Shown here one piece after another: positions 20,001 to 29,541 of a stretch of 64,000 nt of DNA. The translations under genes and the position numbers were made by a program. Source of the stretch: Carpediemonas membranifera BICM (Eukaryota; Protista; Fornicata). The stretch lies in contig JAHDYR010000016.1 of NCBI GenBank assembly GCA_019828565.1, positions 1 to 64,000 on the forward strand, given 5' to 3'. Numbering within the stretch: position 1 is the first letter of the stretch; every line of letters begins with the position of its first letter. The notes under the pieces are model-generated. The model had not been told where the DNA came from, ran no database searches, and saw nothing but the letters and a program-made list of their open reading frames with translations.

Positions 20001-20417
20001 TCACAGCATGTCCCGGTCGAGATCAGTCGGACGGAACTGGACGCTGAACACCAGCTGGAAGTCCTTACGCATCAGCGTCACACGGTTTCCGTGCACTGCT
20101 GCCCGGTTGCCACATTCCATCAGCATTGTCAGGAATGTCTCGCTGGCAACTTGAAGCGCTTCCAGCGCGGTGCTGGAAAAACGAAGATTCGCCCCGCCTA
20201 GTGACGCTGCAATCTCACGTACTAGCCTTTGGAATGGGAGTCTTGGTATCAATAGATCTGAATTAGCCTGCAACCGCCTGATTTCTCTCATGGCCGCTTG
20301 TCCTGGCGCAGCTCTCTTCAGATGCTTCCTTCTATGCCGCTTATTCACGCGTTTCTGACCAGCATTGGGATTTCTGGCGGGTTTCTTCCCTGATAGAGAA
20401 ATCCCACGGCTATCCAT
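20001..20417 (-). CDS. Divergent histone H3 variant (candidate CenH3/CENP-A)
   Basis: Histone fold PG..AMREIRRLQ..DLLIPRLPFQRLVREIA..LRF...ALEALQ..SE..L..L.E..N..AVH.NRVTLM.KDFQL; non-canonical N-tail; loop 1 one residue longer than canonical H3. Confidence 0.85.
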   Translation of the reverse strand: MDSRGISLSGKKPARNPNAGQKRVNKRHRRKHLKRAAPGQAAMREIRRLQANSDLLIPRLPFQRLVREIAASLGGANLRFSSTALEALQVASETFLTMLMECGNRAAVHGNRVTLMRKDFQLVFSVQFRPTDLDRDML

Positions 20418-20488
20418 GATGCAAAGAAATTTCTCGCTAAACTGCGAAATAGACGCGATTTTGTCGAAACGACCTTTGTCCACCGCCC

Positions 20489-21229
20489 CCATCGCCTCCT
20501 CGGACAAGATGGTGCCCCACGCCATCCAGCTCACCGTCGGCATCGTCGACTGGGTCACCCCCAAGGGCAAGAAGTGCGGCGGCCTCACCACCACCTGGCT
20601 CAAGGACATCAACGTCGGCGACCGCTGCGCTGCCTACGTCAAGTCCTCGCCTCTCGTCCCTCCCGAGAACCCCGACACGCCCTACATGATGGTCGCCCTC
20701 GGCACGGGTATCGCGCCCTTCCAGGGCTTCATCCAGTACCGCAAGATGCTCCACGACGAGGGCATCCCCCAGAACAAGGCCACCCTCTACTACGGCTGCA
20801 GACGCCGCGATGAGGACTACCTTCTGACCCCGACCGAGCTCCAGTGGCGCGACGACGGCATCTACGAGGAGATCACTGCCTTCTCCCGCGAGTCAGCCAA
20901 GAAGGTCTACGTCCACCACCGCATCCAGCAGTACGCCAAGGAGGTCTTTGAGATGCTCTACAAGAACGGCGGCAACGTTTACTACTGCGGCACCATCGTC
21001 GGCGCCAAGAGCCTCAAGGAGTCCATCATCGGCACGTTCGTCGAGAACGGCGTCGACCGAGAGGAGGCCGAGGCCCTGTTCGAGCAGCGCGAGAAGGAGC
21101 AGCGCTACGTCCTCGAGGCGTACTAGATGTAGCTATAAATGTTTACTGGGTCGGCATCTCGGTGGTCTGCCTGCAACTGCAACGCGACACATCTTACAAT
21201 CCTTTACCCTACTGCCAAGAGCTAGTGGT
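20489..21229 (+). repeat. 741-bp inverted duplicate of the hydrogenase 3' end and 3'UTR (7001-7741)
   Basis: Reverse complement of 7001-7741; I saw only two substitutions (near 21060 and 21194). Encodes IASSDK...YVLEAY*. Confidence 0.95.
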
Positions 21230-24200
21230 GGCCGCCATCTTGGCCACGAGCTCCCCGAGCTGGCTCTTCAGCGTACCCGCCCGCTGCATGAGCTGGGCCA
21301 TGTCGTTGTCGAGCAGGCTACGCTCACTGCTGGCCTTGCTTCCGGACGTCACAATGTTGACCACAGCCGTCTTGTAGTCTGTAGTCTCCAAGGCAGTCAG
21401 CGCCGCGTCGCCCTTCGCCACGATGTCGTCAAGCGGGGCCACACCAACGTCGTCCCGCAGCTCGCTCTTGAGGCCCTCGATCCTGGCCCGGAGCCCGTTA
21501 ACGGTGCTCTCGGCCCGGCCCTTCTCGGCAGACGAGTCGGCGACAAGCTTGTCGAGCTGAGTCAGACGCGCCTGCAGCTCCTCGATAGCCGCGGCCGTCT
21601 TCTCCCTCGCGCTGACGAGGCTGTCGTGCTTCTTGGCGACACTAACCGCCTGCTCGATCGCCTTGTCCTGCCGGGCGAGGGCGTCCTCATACCTGCTCCG
21701 GACCGTGACGAATTTGACCGCCGTTGACTGGGGGAACTCGCCCATGCTCGTGGAGGGCGATCCAGCGGGCAGCATGTCCCGGATCTCGCGCAGCTTCGTC
21801 AGCAGAGTCTCGGTGGCGTCTATCTTGCGGGTGAGTGCGGCCCACTGGGCGATCACCATCGAGCGGCCCTCCACCGGCTGACCCTTGCGGGCTGCGTCGG
21901 TGATGGTCTCCTCGAGCTTCCCCCGCTGCTGGCTGTCCACGTCCGTCGTCACGCCGAAGGGGGCGTTACGCTGCTCCACGATGGCGTCGACCACGTCATG
22001 GTCCCTGAGGGCGTCCGCATCCTTTCCGGGCTCCAGCGGCTCTACAGGCTCGGGGGCGGCCATGCCCATGTCGACGTCCTCCTCCTCGACGTTGGACCGC
22101 TTCATGGGCAGCTCCAGCGCCGCCCGGATCCCGATATTCTGACCGTCGAGGGTTGTGACGTGGGAGAGCGTGTCAGCGATCCGTTCAACGTCGGCGCGGG
22201 TCTTGACGACGCGGCGGAGTGCGGCGATGACGTCGTCGACAGACGAGGGCATGGTGGCATGCCTCATCTCGGACGGCAGGTCGAACGCCCCACCGAGCAC
22301 GTGCCGCAGGTCTGCCCTGAGCGTCGGCCACGGGTCAGCCACCTGGTGCGCCATGGCGGTCGTGGTCATGTGCCCCACGCCGTGCATCTGGCCCAGCTCA
22401 GCGACAACACGGCTATGGCGGGGCGCCTCGTCGATCTCGCTGTTGTCGCCAGAGAGGAATGTCCGGGGCTGGGGCCGCTGGCCGGCGGGCTCGTCCATGA
22501 AGTACAGTTCGAGGCCCTTGGTGTGCTCAGGTGCGAGCCTGTCGAGCGGCAGGGCCCTGATGTTAACCTCGCCCGGCTCCATAGTCAGCTCGGGTGAGTG
22601 TGTGGCGACCATGCGGAGGAGGACGGAGTTGCCCTGGGCCATGTGGGTCGGGTCCGGCTCGACTCTGAAGTCTGCGGCCCACAGCAGCTCGGTGAACAGC
22701 GCCTGGTGCATCAGACGGTCGACTGCAAAGCGACGACGGCCGCCGGGGGTCGACTCGACCTCCACGGGCGTGATGTGCATGTTAGCGCAGGTCTTGAACA
22801 CCTGTGTGTGAGTCGTGGCGATGCGGGCGGCGACATTGAGACACTCGGGGCAGCGGTAGTTGATGCAGTGGGCGGCCTGGTGGGCAGGGTGCGACGTGCA
22901 GTTGGCGTGGTGCGGCTGGAGGCAGGAGGTGCAGAAGACGACGTCGGCATGGGCCCGGTGGTAGAGCGCGTTGATGCACAGCACGATGCGCTTAGCGACG
23001 GCGGCGTCGGTCTTCTCTGAGAGGAGGTGGCTGCCGACGTTGGGGATGCTGCCGATGGCCCTGAAGTATCTCGTCAGCGAGGGGGGGAACTCAACGTTGG
23101 TGGGGGGGATACCCGTGCCGCAGGTGGTGCAGGACGTGTCGAACGTCGGCTGCATCATCCCGGACGACCAGGAGTCGAACTCCCGGGTGCCGGTCTCCTC
23201 AAAGTGCTGCAGCCACTGGTGTACGGCCGTGAAGAGGGGCGTGGCGCGGACCTTGTTGACGTGCTCGGCGTACGACTGGGTGGGAGGCCCGCCGCTGGTG
23301 TAGCTGCCCCTCTCTGTGCCGTCCACTGGGTGCCCGACCTCTGCCATGGGCGGGATCCCGCCCTGGTTGGGGTGCTGCGCCAGGTCGACACGGATCGGGG
23401 GAGGGATGGGCTCGGCCAGCTGGGCTCCCCTGGTCGGGACCAGTAGGGGGCCGTAGCCGAGGACGTCGGCGGCGAGGGTGGACTTGGAGCGGGGGATGAA
23501 GGGGCGGATGTCGGCGACAAGCTCGACGTCAGAGGCGGGGATCTCGACAAAGAGGTCCGTGTCAACAATGGTGTCGCCCGCCTGACCGGGGAAGCAGAGG
23601 CGCAGCATGATGTTGTAGGCGAGGGAGAAGGACGTCGCCTCGTCCACGGACACGCCGATGAGGTCCGTGACAGTGCCGATGAGGCAAACCGGGTGGGCTG
23701 AGCTCAGCCGCAGCCGGACCACGATCATGTCGTCGATGGAGATGGTGCTGGCCTTCAGCATGGCGCGTTGGCTCTTGCCGCCCTCGGGCCAGGGCACGTT
23801 CGTCTCTGACAGGGGCGCGTCAACGCCCTCCTCGAGTGTCACCAGGGCCTGGAAGCTGTAGTGCATCGCGTTGCCCTGCTTCGTCTGAGAGATGGCGATG
23901 GAGCCGGCGGTGATGGGGACGGCGGGGAAGAACGATTCGCGGGCAGCCTCCTCGCAAATGATGGGCAGGTTGTCTCTGCAGAACTTGCGGACGTCGTCGG
24001 GCAATGACTCGTCTCTGAAGTTGAAGCGGGACAGCTGGGCGAAGGGGGAGAGGCGGGATGCGTCCACAATGTTGATCCCGTTGGGCAGGTCCTCTGGGAT
24101 GTTGTTGCACAGCTCAACGGCGTAACTAAAGCACTTCTTCCCATTTGAATCAAGGGGAACCATTCCCAGGACACCGTTGGCGGGATCCCGGATAGCCTCG

Positions 24201-24361
24201 GCGATCCCCGTGTTCGGTGGGACGCTGTCTACGATCTATGTAAATGGCGCACAGATGACAAAGTGGGCACATACTTTTCCGGGCCAGAAGCTATATGGCG
24301 AGTTCTCGAACGAAACTAACACATATTCACCTGGCAAATAGGCCACGTTGCCGGCGTTCAT
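21209..24361 (-). CDS. Chromatin-associated-type protein: PWWP-like N-terminus, PHD-like zinc finger, C-terminal coiled coil (intron 24236-24274)
   Basis: Exon 1 MNAGNVAYLPGEYVLVSF..YSFWPGK|IV joins in frame with the 984-aa ORF; CTTC...VVFCTSCLQPHHANC...YRCPEC; heptad-rich tail. Confidence 0.65.
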
Positions 24362-24563
24362 CGTGAATTACGTTGCTAGCTTTTTTCATGCAACGTTAAC
24401 ATGCGCATGAGATGATGGCGCGCAGACCATGGATCGCGCACCTAGACATTGCCAAGGAGTAGAAAAGACCTAACACGCTATGTTTACTGATGTAGCTGAA
24501 AGCTGCTGATCAATTATGAGCATACCACTAGTACGCCAGCTGCTGTATGAACGAGAACATGGC

Positions 24564-25841
24564 TCACACCCAGCCCCAAAACCTGAGGTAGACCGCAATG
24601 CCGACTGATAGCAGCCCAGCAACGATGCTAGTGATCTGGTGAATGGTCACGAGCAACGAGAGATAGAATGGCCGGGGCACCGCCTCCTTGGTCAGACTGG
24701 GGGCGTACACAAACGCCGTCGTCGTGACCAGAGGCAGGGTCACCGGGAGTCCGGGAGTCAGCAGGAGGAATACGCCGTTGGCCGCCAGCATCATGGTGGC
24801 CGGGATGGTGTCCCCCTTGGCCCGTTTGATGGACTTGAAGCAGGCGACGAGGACATAAGCACCAGCATGAGCACACGCCACTAGACCGAGCTGGACGAGG
24901 CGGGACGAGTAGAAGATCGCCCAGAAAGGCCCCGTCCCGGCCCCCACGGCCATTACCGGACTTCCGGCGACTGCGGTCCATGTGGCCACTGAGCCTAGCA
25001 GCAGGCCGAGGGCGAGTATGGGGCTGAGACGGACGCCCCGGAGTCGGTGGGCGGCGGCGGTGGCGGGGGCGAGAAGCAGGCCGACTGTAGCTAGGCCTGC
25101 GATAAGGTTGGCTGGGTGTATGGTGGGCTTGGGGGCGACGGCGATGACCACCAGAGTTGAGAGGATCGCGATCGGGTAGAGACTCAAGCTGGAGGCCGTC
25201 GAGCTGCGGGTTGGCATCTGGTGGGCCCTCAGGGCGATGAAGGGCGCAACTACGAGGTACACCGCGGTCTGGTGCCAGATGGTCGCTGCGAAGAAACCAA
25301 AGAGCGCGGCGAAGAAGTGGTGGTGCTGTACCTCGAAGTAGAACTGAAGCGAGACGCATAGGATGGCTACGTTGATGCGAGTGAACGTCATGGAGTCGAG
25401 GAAGGCGGGCGGGATGAAGGCGATGGAGGCCGCGGCAGCCCAGGCTATCACCCGCCATCCGAAAGCGCGGAAGGCGATGCGGTGCTTGATGTTCTTGCGA
25501 ATGACGATGAGACCGAATATGGCCAAGCCGATGTTGCACAAGCGCATGAAGGCGATGGGGGGAACGCGTCGGAGGAAGGGGGTTAGCGACAGCACGCCGA
25601 TGACGGCAGACAGGATGGGCGCGCTTAAGAAGCAGAAGATTACATTTTCACTCCTTGGTGCTGCTAAATAGTCCGTTCGAGCGTAGAATACGGCCTGTGT
25701 GTATGTTTCACGCTCGATGGCCAGTTCATCGACGCAGAGAAAGAGAGCGCCGCAACCGAACAGCAGGACGATGTATGGCAGGAGATATATGACAAAGAGA
25801 GCCACGCGAGCGGGCCTGATACTGCCGATGAGCAAAACCAT
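24564..25841 (-). CDS. Multi-pass membrane protein, possibly a divergent GT-C (ALG6/ALG8-like) glucosyltransferase
   Basis: Many hydrophobic helices; weak resemblance of DY..P, P..LD...F..N and FF...WHQ.A.Y to ALG6/8 motifs. Family assignment uncertain. Confidence 0.45.
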   Translation of the reverse strand: MVLLIGSIRPARVALFVIYLLPYIVLLFGCGALFLCVDELAIERETYTQAVFYARTDYLAAPRSENVIFCFLSAPILSAVIGVLSLTPFLRRVPPIAFMRLCNIGLAIFGLIVIRKNIKHRIAFRAFGWRVIAWAAAASIAFIPPAFLDSMTFTRINVAILCVSLQFYFEVQHHHFFAALFGFFAATIWHQTAVYLVVAPFIALRAHQMPTRSSTASSLSLYPIAILSTLVVIAVAPKPTIHPANLIAGLATVGLLLAPATAAAHRLRGVRLSPILALGLLLGSVATWTAVAGSPVMAVGAGTGPFWAIFYSSRLVQLGLVACAHAGAYVLVACFKSIKRAKGDTIPATMMLAANGVFLLLTPGLPVTLPLVTTTAFVYAPSLTKEAVPRPFYLSLLVTIHQITSIVAGLLSVGIAVYLRFWGWV

Positions 25842-25937
25842 CGTGCAGCACGTCTGACTTTGTTTCCGACTCAGCGAACGATTGGCTGACTGGACGAGCC
25901 CACAGCCGGCATACATGGTGGGATGGTTCAGTGACCT

Positions 25938-26107
25938 TCACTGTGCAAGTGAGTTGGCAATGCTGACGATCTGCTTGAGGACCTCCTCGTCGAACAGGTT
26001 GACCGTCCTCGGTGGGGTCAACGCGTGCGCAGATGCAGAGACGCACGCAAGCAGGCAAGTGAATGTGTACTTAGCCTGCGTGAAAGAACGCACGCCGGGT
26101 TCAAAAT
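25938..26107 (-). pseudogene. N-terminal fragment of another, divergent Fanzor
   Basis: NFEPGVRSFTQAKYTFTCLLACVSA...FDEEVLKQIV aligns with copy 1 GLENRLCSFTKAKYFHTCLLSYIAA...HDQALHQAIV and copy 2 DYAAAKYLYSCLL. Confidence 0.7.
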
Positions 26108-26311
26108 TTCCTCGCCGCGGCGCGGCGCGTTGTTATCGCCGGTTGCTCTGACGGCGTCGTTCGAATGTGGGACATGAACTCGCTCGAGCCCATCGGCCTA
26201 GCACGCGTAGGAACTCAGCCTGTGGCCCATCTGGCACTATTCGGCGCCCACCGTGACCGAATATTTGCTGTTAGTGGTTCGACCGCAACAGTCCTTTCCT
26301 TAATCTCGTGG
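26084..26311 (+). pseudogene. Orphan WD40-repeat gene fragment
   Basis: VIAGCSDGVVRMWDMNSLEP...PVAHL is a typical WD40 end. In-frame stop at 26081 upstream with no ATG before the motif; the frame runs into the Fanzor terminal repeat. Confidence 0.5.
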
Positions 26312-26331
26312 CCCTTCAATAGCACAAATCC

Positions 26332-26356
26332 TGTTGCGCAGTATAAACACATTGTT
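26332..26356. repeat. 25-bp direct repeat TGTTGCGCAGTATAAACACATTGTT (also 28042-28066; inverted, +1 T, at 2989-3014)
   Basis: Exact match read directly from the sequence. Confidence 0.95.
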
Positions 26357-26360
26357 CGAA

Positions 26361-26446
26361 CCTCCAGACATGGCCTGAAAGGAACGATCAAAGTGCCAAA
26401 CTGCACAACATCATCCGTCCGTAGACGAATGTTGGCGGTTAGCCAA
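26361..26446 (-). ncRNA. Candidate Fanzor omegaRNA scaffold (copy 2), overlapping the ORF 3' end
   Basis: Minus strand: UUGGC-UAACC-GCCAA; CAUUCGUC-UACG-GACGGAUG; GUGC-AGUUUG-GCAC; CUUUCAGGC-CAU-GUCUGGAGG. Confidence 0.65.
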
Positions 26447-27860
26447 TTGATGATACTGGAATGATGTTGGAAGGCGCGGGATCAATGTGCGACTGAACGG
26501 AGAGCCACTGAGCTCATCTTCCGTGGCAAGAGAACGCCACAGGATGTTCTCTGCAGCACTCTTGTCCCGATGATCAACATTCAGAGCATCAGGAACTGTT
26601 GCGCGCCACTGAGCACCACGGCACTGTGGATTTTCGCAGAGCATCACACGATGTGGGTGAACGTGCTGGTCATCACGCGGACGAACTCGCTTGTAGGGGG
26701 CGTGGCAGTGAGGGCAGACGACGGTGGTGCGATCCTCGTTAACCATGTTAAGATCGACGACAATGTTATACCCCTTGAGAAGGGAAACTATCTCTCTCGC
26801 GAACTTTCGATATGGCGCGCAAGGAATGAACATACCAGCAGGCGTGGTGAATCCCGAGCTCCCGTAGAAGACTTTCAGGCGAATGGGGGTGGCGATGGGA
26901 TGGTGGCGAAGCCAACCGAACTCCCGAGCCAACTGTTGGCCGCAGCGGGCGAAGTGCTTCTGGCGAAGGATGTGGTTCGCAAAGCGCACTCGGCGGAAAG
27001 ACTTACGCATTCCAGCCTCGAAAATGTCGTTCGCGTTGTCCAGCACAAACCTAATAGAGTTGTTGATACTCACTAGTCTTGTGCTCTTGAACGACGCGGC
27101 CGTCATATCAAAGCCGAAACTTGGCGTCTTAGTGTATCCGCACTTTGGAAGGACGCCGGAGCTGGTGGTGCCATCGGGGTGCCTGATGTAATACCCTCCG
27201 ATGGACCTCGCGCCCGGGTCGAACCCCATGAGGTGGGCATCAGGATCCGGCGCGGGCGGAGCCTCGGCATTATTGGTCCCGAGTCGGGGGCGCTCTTTCT
27301 CCCGCCCTTTCGCTCGCTTTCGAACAGGCATGCTCGCATCATGTTGTGGCCGATAGCGGCCGAAGCCTCTCTTAATAGTCACCGCCACACAGACCCCATC
27401 GGTGCTCAGGCTGAGCAGACGGCCCATTGACCTGGGGTTGTTCTGGTATGGTTCCTCCTGCTCTTCTGTCAACGGGGTGGGTGGCGTGTGGGAGTGCGTG
27501 ATTAATTCCCACACGATGACAGAAATTATCATTCAGTAGGCCCATCGTGTCACCGTAGGCCATGAAGCCCGGTCGGACGGGGGCCATGGGCACGATCGGA
27601 ACGAGGCGAGGCTGGCGGAGCGACATCGAGTACTCCCCGTTGAAGTGGCTGATGAGGCCACTCAACGTCTCCACTCCGTCAGCAATTGCCCAGACGCAAG
27701 AGAGAATGCGTGGGGCAGCCTGGGAGACTGGGAGCCCGTCGTTCTCACCCATGTGAGTCGCGCGAGCCGGGCCAGCAGGCATGAGTAGAGATATTTTGCT
27801 GCGGCGTAATCCCCCACTCTCCTGTTGCCGATGACATATAAGAGCCGACGATGAACACCA
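26411..27860 (-). pseudogene. Fanzor1 (TnpB-like RuvC endonuclease), copy 2; RuvC half intact in ORF 26411-27532, N-terminal half frameshifted and internally deleted
   Basis: LSTDGVCVAV, LMGFDPGAR, FRRVRFANHILRQK, VFYG, VNEDRTTVVCPHC, CENPQC, HRDKSAAENI. Upstream frames carry AKYLYSCLL and PRLVPIVPMAPVRPGFM, as in copy 1. 5' limit approximate. Confidence 0.9.
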
Positions 27861-28134
27861 TTACCAGCATATACAAGTGTAGAAGTGAATTTAATGTGGA
27901 ATAGAAGACAATGAGACGACGTGTGAGCGATTGTGATGTTTGCAGCTGTGCTGAGGTCCACGAAGAAGACGCTTTGTGGAGGCTCTGGAGAAGACGATCT
28001 CGCTACCGACTTAAGGCGAGAGTAGGAGGGAGACAGGGCAGTGTTGCGCAGTATAAACACATTGTTGGTCCCTTCAATAGCACACTGTACTGCACAAATC
28101 CTCTCGACATAACCTGCACCCATCCGTTTCCTTG

Positions 28135-29424
28135 ATGGCAACTGCATCGTGGGGAAGCACTGCTGACACAAATACATCATTTGGAGGGACATATACTGGA
28201 ACATATGGCGGTTCTATGGGCTCACTGAGCATGGCATCGACCGCTACTTCCGCTGACGAAGATTTCATGGAGGACGAGAAGGAGCTCTTCGACGCGGACG
28301 AGATTATCCGCTGGCCGCAATACAGAAAGTTCATCTTCAACATAGCGACGTCCTCATGGTTCAACATGACGATCCTCGGAGTGATTTTCTTGAACACGGT
28401 CATGATGACGCTTCAGACCATCTCCTACATCCAGATCAACTTCGGATGGTACATGACCATCCTCGACAACGTATTCCTTGCCATCTACGTCTTTGAGCTT
28501 CTTCTGAAGTTTGCTGCGTTCCGCCTGCGCTTCTTCAAATCTGGGTGGAACCTCTTTGATCTTTTCATCGTCCTCACATCCTTCTTAGTCTGGGTCGAGT
28601 ACCTCAGCAGCACCCTGGCCGCCTTCGACACCCGCATCATCCGTATGGTCCGGGTGTTCAGGGCCGTCCGGGCACTGAGGGCGCTGAGGGTTCTCCGGAC
28701 AATCTCATTCCTCAAGCAGCTTCAGGACATCGTCTCGACCATCTTCAAGTCGATCCCGGCGCTCATGTCCATCATGATGCTGATTATGATTGTGATCTTC
28801 ATCTTTAGTGTGATTGCACGTGAACTCTTCTCCACGGCCTACCCCGAACGATTCGGGTCCATACAGCTGTGTCTGTTCTCTCTATTCCAGCTGATCACGA
28901 TGGATGACTGGTCTACGTACCGCGAGTATCTCATGAACAAGGGCTATAACGTCCAGATCACCATATTCTGCGTCGTGTTCATCGTCGTCGGTACGTTCAT
29001 CCTCTCGAACCTATTCACCGCCGTCATCGTCAACAACCTCGAGCACACGGTCGCTACGAAGAAGAAGCACCGCGGGTTCGGGATCAGGCGGTTGAGGCGG
29101 AGGCGTCGGGCGACCTCGTCTGCGGGCTCCTCCGTCTCGGCGTCCAGCATCGGGGACCCCAACGACATTGCCGACACGCACCGCGACAACGAGGGGCCCG
29201 ACGACCAGGCCAGCCAGGTGGATAGGAACGTCCGGGACGCCGACTACTACTACGGCAAGACGGCGATGGCCATGAGGGACAGACAGATGCTCGGGACGTA
29301 TTTCACATTGCTCAGCAGCCTGGAGAGCCACCTTGACAGCTATCAGAACAAGCAGAAGCTGCTGGACGACCTCGTGGACCTTGCGATGCCCGAGAGCCGC
29401 GTGACCGAGGACGGCCGGGTCTGA
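28135..29424 (+). CDS. Single-domain 6TM cation channel, CatSper1-like
   Basis: FFKSGWNLFD, S4 with 8 Arg, pore YPERFGSI..LFQLITMDDW, NLFTAVIVNN; C-terminal YFTLLSSLE..LDDLVD resembles CatSper1 (from memory). Confidence 0.85.
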   Translation: MATASWGSTADTNTSFGGTYTGTYGGSMGSLSMASTATSADEDFMEDEKELFDADEIIRWPQYRKFIFNIATSSWFNMTILGVIFLNTVMMTLQTISYIQINFGWYMTILDNVFLAIYVFELLLKFAAFRLRFFKSGWNLFDLFIVLTSFLVWVEYLSSTLAAFDTRIIRMVRVFRAVRALRALRVLRTISFLKQLQDIVSTIFKSIPALMSIMMLIMIVIFIFSVIARELFSTAYPERFGSIQLCLFSLFQLITMDDWSTYREYLMNKGYNVQITIFCVVFIVVGTFILSNLFTAVIVNNLEHTVATKKKHRGFGIRRLRRRRRATSSAGSSVSASSIGDPNDIADTHRDNEGPDDQASQVDRNVRDADYYYGKTAMAMRDRQMLGTYFTLLSSLESHLDSYQNKQKLLDDLVDLAMPESRVTEDGRV

Positions 29425-29541
29425 GGGCTGACGTCGAGCAACAACGCATGGCACGGTGGTCAAATCATGCAGGGCCGGGCCGTGCATAGGCATAAACTAC
29501 TCTTACTGCTGTTCAGGACCCATTGATCGGCCGCGCAGGCT

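Larger units (their letters stand above)
26312..28102 (-). mobile_element. Fanzor-carrying element, copy 2, bounded by nested direct repeats
   Basis: A 25-bp exact direct repeat (26332-26356 / 28042-28066) lies inside an outer ~21-bp direct repeat (26312-26332 / 28070-28102, the latter with a 12-nt insert). These enclose the Fanzor ORF pieces and 3' hairpins. Confidence 0.8.

Noticed and set aside
20365-21126. 253-aa stand-alone NAD(P)H reductase gene
   Set aside because: It is the duplicated hydrogenase 3' fragment, missing most of the FAD-binding domain; reported as a repeat rather than a CDS.
24363-24373. 11-nt match (GTGAATTACGT) to the putative copy 1 guide region, next to the PWWP-like gene start
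   Set aside because: Too short to be significant in 64 kb, and it does not cover the presumed guide 5' end.
26312-26360. Repeated 25-mer as a possible CRISPR repeat
   Set aside because: Only dispersed single copies (1.7 kb and ~23 kb apart); no regularly spaced repeat-spacer array or cas genes.
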